A DNA stretch of 64,000 nt. Source: Neocallimastix sp. 'constans' (taxonomy: Eukaryota). Location of the stretch: NCBI GenBank assembly GCA_050613775.1, contig JBODTK010000148.1:124001-188000 (forward strand), given 5' to 3'. Under the pieces are notes generated by a model. The model worked only from the letters and a program-made list of their open reading frames with translations, did not search any database and had not been told where the DNA came from. Below, in pieces: positions 42,172 through 53,047 of the stretch. The position numbers and the translations under genes were made by a program. The stretch's first letter is position 1. Every line of letters starts with the position of its first letter.

Positions 42172-42461
42172 ATCACTTCTTTTCATTAATTTCATTAAAT
42201 ATATATATATATATAAAGAGTACAATTAAAATTGGTAAAAAAAAAAAAATTCCATATTATTTATAATTACGGTAATCATTTCTTTTCATTAATTTCATTA
42301 AATATATATATAAAAGAACGGTACAATTAAAATCGGTAAAATAAAAAATTCCATATTATTTGTAATTACGGTAATCATTTCTTTTCATTAATTTCATTAA
42401 ATATATATATAAAAGAAGGGTACAATTAAAATCGGTAAAAAAAATAAAAATAAAATTCCAT
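42172..42461. repeat. Three tandem ~100-bp direct repeats
   Basis: Unit ATCATTTCTTTTCATTAATTTCATTAAATATATAT...GTACAATTAAAATCGGTAAAA...TTCCATATTATTT.TAATTACGGTA, three copies (the last is partial). Confidence 0.9.
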
Positions 42462-44212
42462 GTGAACTTATAAAATAAACTCTCCATATAAATAATTAAT
42501 ATTGATTTTTATTGAATAAGAATATAAATACATTTTATTTTATTTTATTTTGCCTACATTTAATAAATCAGTTTATTTTAAAAAATTATAGTTCTATCAA
42601 CATAACTTTATTTTATTCATTATGCTTATTAAATCAATTAATATGTATATGACACGTTTAATAAAAGTAACTATGTGAATAACATTTTTAATAATATGAA
42701 TATTAATTTCTTGGGCTTTATAATATTATATCATCCTTTTAAATGGAATAATAATAATTTGTAATAAAAAATTATATGCTAAATTATGTTTAATTCTAAT
42801 AATTATTATTTCTCTTTTTAATTTAATAGTATATATTACTAATAGGATAAAAAATATACTAAAAATATATTCTATTTAATAGGCTAGCCTACAAAAAATT
42901 AAATATCAAAATAAAATATATATTGTTTAATTATTAAAAAATATTTATAATTTATTTATAATTAATATATAAAATAATAAATTAAAAAATAAAAATTATT
43001 ATAATAAACAAAAAAATATAGAATAATAAAAAATAAAATTTTTTTTTTTCCATTTAAAATTAGGAGAATTTTTAATAATAATATATAGGTTTTTATTCAT
43101 TAATTTATTATAATACTTGTATTTGACATTTCATAATATGTATTACATATATAATATTTCTTTAACATATATTTTTATTAAATTGCAATTGATACATTAT
43201 ATATTAAACTTGATTTTGTATATAAAATTTTAATATATGACAACTTTTTCAAATCTTTCAAATGGTGTATCTTTTTCATTTACTCATCTTTTTTTAAATT
43301 AAATATATTATAAAAGGAAACTTTTTATTAATTATTGTATAACCTATAAAATTAAAAATGAATTCCAATTTCTATAATAATTAAGACTTTTGGAATTAAA
43401 AAAGCAAAATTTATAAAAAAAAACGATTAATTAATTAAAAAAAATTATAAAAAATAAAAGTTTAAATATTATTAAAAAAGTAGAAATATTAAAAAAATAT
43501 GATATATTTAATAATTAATTAAAATTTTAATATATTTCTAATTAAATTAAATAATTTATATTAATTTTTGTTATTATTTTTATTTATTAATTTCAATAAT
43601 TTTTATTAAATATTTAGATAATATTAATATTATTTCATTGTGATAAGTGATAATAGTATCACAAATAATTTCGAAAAAGAGTTTAAATAAAAAAAAAGTT
43701 TAAAATATATGTAACTCATTATTTATAGGAAAAATTGTAGAAATAATAATATATAAAATTAAATTAATAATATATTTTAAATTTTTAATCAAAAATATAA
43801 TTAAATATTAATAAAAATAAAATTAAATAAAAAAAAAAAAATATGATGTTTAATAATTAAATTTAATAATTTTAAACATTATAATTTTATCAATTTTTTA
43901 ATAATTTTTTTAATATTTATAGGAAACATTTTCACTTTTAAATTTATTTTTGTTCATAAATTTTTTAAATTATAAAAAATATCATTTTTATAATTTATTG
44001 AGAAAAAAAAATTAAATAAATAATAAATAATAATATTCAAAATATCTATATATTATTATATATTTATTAATATTAAATATTGATATATATTTTAAAGTTC
44101 TTCATAATTATAAGAAATATTTTTATTTGTGAGGAATACCAAAAAAAAAAAATTCAAATAGAAATATATTAAATTAAAAAAATAAATAAAAAAATAATAA
44201 CAATAAAAAAAA

Positions 44213-46222
44213 ATGAAATTTGTTAATTTTGCTTTAGTAGCTCTTTCTTTATTAAATATTGAATTTTCATTTGCCTATCGTTGTGGTACGAAAACTGGAT
44301 TATCTTGCCCATTAGGTCAATGTTGCTCAAGATCTGGTTATTGCGGTAGAGGAAAAACTTATTGTGGTAAGGGCTGTCAGTCCGACTTTGGAAGTTGTAA
44401 TTCAGAAATAATAAAACCAGAACCAGTTAATTGTATTCAATGTGTTGGATGTGTTGATTGTAATGCCAACCCAGAAATGGCTAAAAATTGTCCTCATACT
44501 TGTAAACAAAAAGTCGATGAAGTAGAGAAGAAACCATTTGCATGTGTTAAATGTATTGGTTGTGTTGACTGTGATGAACATCCAGAAAATGCTATTCACT
44601 GTCCACTCACTTGTATGAAAAAAGAACAAGAAGAAGAACCAGTTATGTGTATTCAATGTGTTGGATGTGTCGACTGTGAAGCCAATCCCGAAATGGCCAA
44701 GAAATGTCCACAAACTTGTATGAAAAAGGAAGAAACAGTTAAAGAAGAAGAAGAAGAAGGATATGCATGTGTTAAATGTATTGGTTGTGTTGACTGTGAT
44801 GAACATCCAGAAAATGCTATTCACTGTCCACTCACTTGTATGAAAAAAGAACAAGAAGAAGAACCAGTTATGTGTATTCAATGTGTTGGATGTGTCGACT
44901 GTGAAGCCAATCCCGAAATGGCCAAGAAATGTCCACAAACTTGTATGAAAAAGGAAGAAACAGTTAAAGAAGAAGAAGAAGGATATGCATGCGTTAAATG
45001 TATTGGATGTGTTGACTGTGATGAACATCCAGAAAATGCTATTCACTGTCCAGACACTTGTATGAAGAAGGAAGAATCAGTCATGTGCATTGATTGTGTT
45101 GAATGTGTTGACTGTGATGCCAATCCAGAAATGGCCATTAACTGTCCACAAACCTGTATGAAGAAGGAAGAACCTGTTATGTGCATTGACTGTATTGAAT
45201 GTGTTGACTGTGATGCCAATCCAGAAATGGCCATTAACTGTCCACAAACCTGTATGAAGAAGGAAGAACCTGTTATGTGCATTGACTGTATTGAATGTGT
45301 TGACTGTGATGCCAATCCAGAAATGGCCATTAACTGTCCACAAACCTGTATGAAGAAGGAAGAACCTGTTATGTGCATTGACTGTATTGAATGTGTTGAC
45401 TGTGATGCCAATCCAGAAATGGCCATTAACTGTCCACAAACCTGTATGAAGAAGGAAGAACCTGTTATGTGCATTGACTGTATTGAATGTGTTGACTGTG
45501 ATGCCAATCCAGAAATGGCTATAAACTGTCCACAAACTTGCATGAAAAAGGAAGAAGAAGTTAAAGAAGAAGAAGGATATGCATGTGTTAAATGTATTGG
45601 ATGTGTTGACTGTGATGAACATCCAGAAAATGCTATTCACTGTCCAGACACTTGTATGAAGAAGGAAGAATCAGTCATGTGCATTGACTGTGTTGAATGT
45701 GTTGACTGTGATGCCAATCCAGAAATGGCTAAGAATTGTCCACATACTTGTATGAAGAAGGAACCAGTTGAAGAACAAGAAGAAGAAGAACAAGTTACAT
45801 GCGTTCAATGTATTGGATGCATTGATTGTGATGAACACCCAGAAACTGCTAAAAATTGTCCACATGCTTGTATGAAGAAGGAACCAGTTAAGGAAGAACC
45901 ATATGCATGCGTTAAATGTATTGGTTGTGTTGACTGTGATAAACATCCAGGAAATGCTATTCACTGCCCACTCACTTGTATGAAAAAAGAACCAGTTGAA
46001 GAACCAAAAGAAGAACCAGTTATGTGTATTCAATGTGTTGGATGTGTCGACTGTGAAGCCAATCCCGAAATGGGCAAGAAATGTCCACATACCTGTATGA
46101 AGAAAGAAAAAGTAAAAAAACAAGTTATGTGCATTGACTGTATTGAATGTGTTGACTGTGACGCCAATCCAGATATGGCCATTAACTGTCCAAATACTTG
46201 TATTAAAAAAAATCAAATTTAA
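44213..46222 (+). CDS. Secreted CBM18/hevein chitin-binding protein with 17 tandem 6-Cys modules (669 aa)
   Basis: Signal peptide MKFVNFALVALSLLNIEFSFA. 8-Cys hevein domain RCG..SCPLGQCCSRSGYCG..YCGKGCQSDFGSC. Then 17 x C-x2-C-x2-C-x2-C-x9-CPxxC. Intronless, with no TM or GPI-like tail. Confidence 0.92.
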   Translation: MKFVNFALVALSLLNIEFSFAYRCGTKTGLSCPLGQCCSRSGYCGRGKTYCGKGCQSDFGSCNSEIIKPEPVNCIQCVGCVDCNANPEMAKNCPHTCKQKVDEVEKKPFACVKCIGCVDCDEHPENAIHCPLTCMKKEQEEEPVMCIQCVGCVDCEANPEMAKKCPQTCMKKEETVKEEEEEGYACVKCIGCVDCDEHPENAIHCPLTCMKKEQEEEPVMCIQCVGCVDCEANPEMAKKCPQTCMKKEETVKEEEEGYACVKCIGCVDCDEHPENAIHCPDTCMKKEESVMCIDCVECVDCDANPEMAINCPQTCMKKEEPVMCIDCIECVDCDANPEMAINCPQTCMKKEEPVMCIDCIECVDCDANPEMAINCPQTCMKKEEPVMCIDCIECVDCDANPEMAINCPQTCMKKEEPVMCIDCIECVDCDANPEMAINCPQTCMKKEEEVKEEEGYACVKCIGCVDCDEHPENAIHCPDTCMKKEESVMCIDCVECVDCDANPEMAKNCPHTCMKKEPVEEQEEEEQVTCVQCIGCIDCDEHPETAKNCPHACMKKEPVKEEPYACVKCIGCVDCDKHPGNAIHCPLTCMKKEPVEEPKEEPVMCIQCVGCVDCEANPEMGKKCPHTCMKKEKVKKQVMCIDCIECVDCDANPDMAINCPNTCIKKNQI

Positions 46223-46502
46223 GTATTAAAGTAATTCTTAAATAATGATATAATAATAAGAGATATAATTATATATATTTGAGATTATTATATTATATAA
46301 ATAGTAAAAGTGTTTATATATTTATTATAGAATTTATAATGATATAATAATGCTATATGATTATATTTCAGAATTATTATATAAAATATATAATAAAGAT
46401 AGTTATATATCTACATAATAGAATAAATGAAAAAATATATCAAAAAAAAAAAAAAAAAAAAAAGCTAAAACAATAATAAAATAAAATATTTATATATAAA
46501 CA

Positions 46503-46605
46503 TATATATATAATAATTTTATATATATTTTGCAGGAAACAAAAAGTATATAAATATATATATAATAATTTTATATATATTTTGCAGGAAACAAAAATAT
46601 ATAAA
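46503..46605. repeat. Two tandem ~52-bp repeats
   Basis: TATATATATAATAATTTTATATATATTTTGCAGGAAACAAAAA occurs twice, downstream of the first CBM18 gene. Confidence 0.8.
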
Positions 46606-47167
46606 GTTAATAGAAAATCAAATTAAAAATCAAATTAAATAAAAAAAAAAATTATATTTTAATATTTTTTTTGAAATTTATTGCTTTTGAATAGGCAATA
46701 AATATATTGGTTTTAAAAAAAGTTATGTTTATAAAATAATTTATAAATATATATTTTATGAAAGCCAAACTTAATTTATTAAATTTATTAAATAAATAAA
46801 TAAATATAAGAAAGATAAATTATTAAATAAAAAATATATAAAAAAAAAGTAAAATAATAAATAAATAAAATAAAAAAGTTTAAGATAAATTTTTTAAAAA
46901 AAAGCTTAGTTAATTATTTTTTATTATTAATTTTTATTTTTTAATTTGTTTTAACATTTATTAAATATTTAATTTATATATATTTGGTTGTTTATTTTTT
47001 TTCTTTTATTATTAAATTATTATTATCTAATTTAATATATTTTTATATTTTTAAATTTTTTTAATAATAAAAAAAAATATTATTTCTTAATATTAAAATT
47101 TATACTAATATTTAATAATTATTCTACATGTTTATGTTTTTGAAATAAAAATAATTATTAAGGTTTT

Positions 47168-47218
<51 letters not shown>

Positions 47219-48931
47219 AGCATGTCTTGCTTTTTTTGTTATATAATCAATTTTTTTTTTTTTTTTGTTAAGGAATTATATTTAAATTTTTAAAAATTAA
47301 AAAAAATAAAAATATATATATATATATATAATTATACAATATTATTTCATTAATGGTGAATATATATATATATATTTTAGATAAGTCATATATTTATAAT
47401 ATAGATATATTATAAAATTTTTTTATTATTGTATTATATTTTAGAATTTATTTTCAAAAAAATATATAAAAAAATAAAATTTGAAATGTCTAAATTAAAA
47501 TCATTTTTAAATTTTTATTTTTTTTTTTTTTATTCAAAAGAATTTAAGTAAAAATATTTGCTATCATTATAATGTATTTCAAATTATATATATAAATATA
47601 TATATATTTTCTTTTCTGAAAATATTAAAAGTCATTTATAATTTAATCATTTATTAAATAACTTGAATTAATATTGTAAAATATAACATTTCAAATTTAC
47701 TGCTATATTATTAAAAATGCTCGAAATAATAAAATAATATGAATATGTTCATTTTATTGTATTTTTTATTTATTTATTAAATAATGATATTATAATTTAT
47801 ACACCCTTAAGATATATATATTATTATTAAGATATTATTAAAGATCATTAAAATTTTAATGAAATGTTAAATTATAATGATAAAAAAAAATTAAAAAAGT
47901 CATATAATCTAATTAGTAAGTAATGTTTTTATTTATATATATATATACTTTAGATTCGTTGTATGGAATATTAAGAATTATTCATTTTATTATTATTAAT
48001 TATTAATTTATATATTATAGTTTCAATAAATTTTTAATGAATTTCATAAAAGAATATATATATATATGACGAAAAAAATTTTTTTTTTTCATGTGAAATA
48101 AGAAATACTTAATGCTGTTCAAATATATATATTTATTACAAAAATAAAAAATGATAAGAATATAAATATATAATATATTGTTTTTGCCTATATTTAGTTT
48201 ATTATATTCTACCTAATCTTTTATGACACATTTAATAAAAATAAATAAAAATAAGAAGAATATATTAATTTCATTTATTTTTTTAATATTGTTTAAATCT
48301 TTGTTATAATAAACGGAATAAGAGAATAATAATTTTAAAAGTAATTGATAATAATTTTACATTTATATTATTAAACATAATTATATTAATAATCTTAAAT
48401 AATGAAGATATAAATATATATAAATATTTGCTATATACTTTAAAATAATTAAAATTCAATATTAATAACATTATTTGTTAAACTTTATCATTTTTTTTAA
48501 TAAATTATAAAAAATTATTATATTTTAATATTAATATATATAATAAAGTTTATTAAATAAATAAATAAAGATTAAATAATATATAAACCCAAATTAATAT
48601 TACAATATCAAAGTGTAAAAATTTTAAAAATTTTATGACCATTATTAAAAGGAAAATTATAATAAAAATATTGATTTTTAATCATTCATCATTCATTTAT
48701 GATTATCTTATATTTAATATTTAATATTATATATTATTTTAATAAATAATAACCCTCTAAAAAGTCAATTATTTTTAAATTTATAATTTATTTATTTGTT
48801 ACTGATTTATATTATGAATGAAAATTTTTTATCTACCAACAATTTTAACTGTATTTTAAATAAATTTAATTTAAATGACTGTTATATATAAATTAATCTA
48901 AAAAAAATGAAAATATATTATAATTTCAATT

Positions 48932-48991
<60 letters not shown>

Positions 48992-49779
48992 CATAATAAT
49001 AATAATAATAAAGTTTAAATATTATGAAAATATATTAAAATATATTATAAATAAGTATCAATTATTGTTATAATTATTAAATTATATGTTTTTTATAATT
49101 TTTTTTATAAATAATATTTAAGATTTTATAAAAAGAGAATCACAAATATCTTTTTAAAAGAATTAAAAAGTAAATTGTTAAAATTTACTTGGAAATTTTT
49201 ACAATAAAATATTATATATCAAAATTAATTAGTATATATTTAATTTTATATATTAAATATTATCAACAAAATAAAAAAATAAAAATAAAAAAAAAAATAA
49301 AAAAAAATAAACTTAATAATATGTTTTCGTTTAAATATTAATAGTTTTTATGTATAATTAATTTTTAAAAAAAATTTTTTTTTAATATTTATTTAATTCA
49401 TTTTCACTTAAAAAATACTCAATTCATCTATAATTTTTTTTAAATTATAAAAAATATATTATTGTAATTTATTAAAAGAAGAAAAAAATTGTATTGTATT
49501 CTTTTTTTTAAAAAAAAAAAAGAAAAAAAAAAAGGAAAAACTAATAAATAATATTGCTTAAAATAGTTATATATTTAATACATAATATGTTGATAATAAT
49601 ATTATTTAGTAATTTATAAAAGATATTTTTTAAATCCTTCATAAAAAATAAGAAATAATTCCTATTGTGGATATATAATAAAAAAATTACATAAATCAAA
49701 AAATTAATTCAACAATGCCATACATAATAAATAAAATTATTATCTTACATAATTAAATAATTTTTTTAAAAAAAAATAA

Positions 49780-50120
49780 ATAAAATTTGTCAATTTTACT
49801 TTAGTAACTCTTTCTTTATTAAATATTGATTATTAATTTGCAAATTGTTGTGATAAAAAAAAAAAACTGGTTTATCATGTCCATTCTATCAATGTTGTTC
49901 AAAATCTCGTTACTGTGGTAGAGGCAAAAACTACTGTGGTATAGGTTCTTGTAACTCTGAGATAGTGGAACCAGAACCTGTTTATTGTGTTCAATGCGTT
50001 GGATGTGTTGACTGTGACGCCCATCCAGAAATGGTTAAGAACTGTCCACATACATGTAAACAAAAAATTATTAAAGAAGAAAAGAAATCAGTTTCACGTG
50101 TTCAATGTGTCGAATGCATT
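49780..50120 (+). pseudogene. Pseudogene copy of the CBM18/6-Cys-module gene
   Basis: Alignable to 53048 onward. Start codon is ATA instead of ATG; in-frame TAA in the signal peptide; expanded poly-A; 18-nt deletion between GGTT microhomologies removes a hevein Cys. One full module remains (CVQCVGCVDCDAHPEMVKNCPHTC) plus a truncated second. Confidence 0.9.
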
Positions 50121-50851
50121 ATTTTTAAATTGTTTAAATTTGAAAATATATTTTTTTTACCAAAAAAGAAAAATATTTGAGTGACTTTTAGTTAGTAATA
50201 ATAATAATAATAATAAATAAAATTAATATAATTAATTAAAAATAAAAATATTATGTTAAATTATGTATTTAAATATCGTTATTATCATTATCTTTTATTA
50301 TTATACTCTCATTAAAATTAGTAATTAAATTACATATTTTTAACATAATCATAATAATAATTATTTATAAGTATAATTTAATAATAATTACTTTTAATCA
50401 AATAAAAATCAAAGTTTTTAGAAATATAAACATTAATTTATATTCTATATTATAAGATACTACAAAAAAATAATTTAAAATCTAAATTACTCATAAATTT
50501 TATTGCTTAATATGGAAATCAGAGTATTCAATAAATAAAGAAATAATTATTGATATTTAAAATCATATATATATACATTTATTATTTTTTAAATTAAAAA
50601 TTAGGAAGATTTTAATTCTATTAAATTAAATTTTTATTTATCATTATATTATTATATAATATTTACATAATATTTTATTTCCCCTTAACATACCAGAATT
50701 ATTAATATATATTTTTTATTTAGTCACCATATTTTAAATTAAATTTAATATAAAAAAAAATAATAATAAATATTTTTATTGTTTTATCAAAGTATTGAAA
50801 ATTAATTTCAATTTCAATAATGATTATAATGATTAAATTTTTATATTAAAA

Positions 50852-50889
<38 letters not shown>

Positions 50890-50975
50890 ACTCATAATAT
50901 AAAAAAATTCAATAATTATGAATATTATTAATCATATAAATTATTTTGAACAAGATTAAAAAGGATATATAAAAA

Positions 50976-51259
50976 ATGAAGTTTGTTAATTGTGCTTTAG
51001 TAACTCTTTCTAAATATTGATTCTTCCTTTGCTTATCGTCGTGGTATAAAAACAGGCATATCAAATCCATTAGGTCAATGCCGTTAAAAATCTCTTGTTA
51101 TTGTGATAGGGATAAATTATAATGTAGTGTAGGTTGCCAATCAGATTTTGGTTCTTGTAATTCAGAAATAGTATAATCAGAAACGGTTAATTGTATTCAA
51201 TGCATGTTGGATGTACTGTTGTGATGAACATCCAGAATACGTTATTCACTGTTCAGACA
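50976..51259 (+). pseudogene. Second pseudogene copy of the CBM18/6-Cys-module gene
   Basis: Starts ATGAAGTTTGTTAAT. Has a small deletion in the signal peptide, premature stops, degenerate hevein (GCQSDFGSCNSEI still readable) and a partial module (CDEHPEYVIHC). Confidence 0.88.
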
Positions 51260-52129
51260 ATATATATAATCGTAATATATATATGTTTTTTGAAGGAAAA
51301 AAGATATATATATAATTATAGAAAACAATCCTTTATTAAAAAAAATACTTAAACACTTTTTTTTTTTTTTTTAAAAAAAAAAGTACTATAAAAGTAAAAC
51401 TTGAAATTAAAATTTTATTTTATGATATAATTGTTTTAAATCTTTTATTTGAATTATTATTGTAAAAATAAAAAAATTATTACATTCTTTAACATATTAA
51501 AAGGAAAAATTATTATTATTATTATTATTATTATTATTTTAAAAAAAATCTATTATCAATGAACATTTATTATATCGTGAATTATTATTAATTTATTTAC
51601 AATAATTATTTTTATTATTTTTTATTATAATTTCTTTTTTCAATATAGATTTATTTATATAATGAAATACCTTTAAAAAATGGTAAAAAAATTTTTTTAA
51701 TATTAATAAAAATAAAATGATTCATGTTTATATATGCAATACTTGGAATTATTTTAATTTAATTATTAAATGTGCCATGTTCAAATCTCTCCTTAATAAT
51801 TTATTTTATCTAAAAATTATATTATTATATTTATTTAGAATTTTAATGTTTAGATAATGAATAAATATTAATAAATATAAATAAATATAATTTATTTTTA
51901 ATAGAAATATATATTAATTTCTTATGTTATTTAATAATTATTCATCTTTTATAAAAAAAAAATAAAATAAAATAAAATTATGTTAATAATAATAATTTTT
52001 AAAGAAATCATAAAATTTTTAATAATTGTAATTTCAATTCATATATTTATATTAATTATTTATGATACTATTTAAATTAAATAAAAAATAATGAAAATCT
52101 AAAAATTGTTTCCTATTTAATGGGCTATG

Positions 52130-52165
<36 letters not shown>

Positions 52166-53047
52166 ATAATTATAAACTTTGTGTAATGGTATCTTTCTTA
52201 ATTATCTAAGCTTATTTTATACTTTTTTTATATATATATATTTCACAATTAAATATTATATAAATATTGATTATAAATTATAATAGCTAATTTATAATTA
52301 AAATGGATACAATATATTAAAATTAAATTAAAAAATATTATAATAAAATATTATAAATCTAAAATAATATAAAAATGAAATAATCAATTATTCTGGTTTA
52401 ATTTATTGAATTAAATATAAAATCACTATCTAATAATATTTCACGTATAATAAAATATAAATAATATAAAGTTAAAGTTTTAATAAATAAAATTTTATTA
52501 ATAATTAATTAAAAATATTAAGTAATTTTTTATTCAGTATTAAATTATATAATTCAAATGAATAAATATAATAATTACTATTGTAAATAAAAAATTTTTT
52601 TCCGTTTTTTATCATTAATATTAAATATTATTTCATTGAGATACTATTATCCCAAGAATCATTTCATAATGGAAATAAAAAAAAAAAAGAAAGAAAAAAA
52701 AAATTAAGAAGTATATTAACATTAGATTCTATTTTAAATTCATTAAAATAATATAAAATTAAATTATATACTATATATTTAATTTTAATTAAAATATATT
52801 TATTAAGTATAAAAAGAAATTAAAAAAAATTTTTTTATAAACATTAATATATTTAATTATTTTAATTAGATTTCATATATAATAATTATATATTTTTAAA
52901 AAAATTTTTTTTAATATTTATAGGATTAATTTTCATTTCAAAAAATTTTTATTTCATTCATAAAAATATTTATATAGATTATAAATATTATTAATTTTAT
53001 ACATTATTTTTTTAAAAATTTTTTTATATAAAGGAAATATATAAAAA

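Noticed and set aside
45075..45545. CRISPR-like regular array
   Set aside because: The 96-bp units are fully repeated in-frame coding sequence with no unique spacers; the context is eukaryotic and there are no cas genes.
44430..46200. Polyferredoxin or multiheme cytochrome reading of the Cys repeats
   Set aside because: Spacing is CxxCxxCxxC-x9-CP, not CxxCxxCxxxCP. There is no CxxCH, and the protein has a secretory signal peptide. Metal binding of another kind is not excluded.
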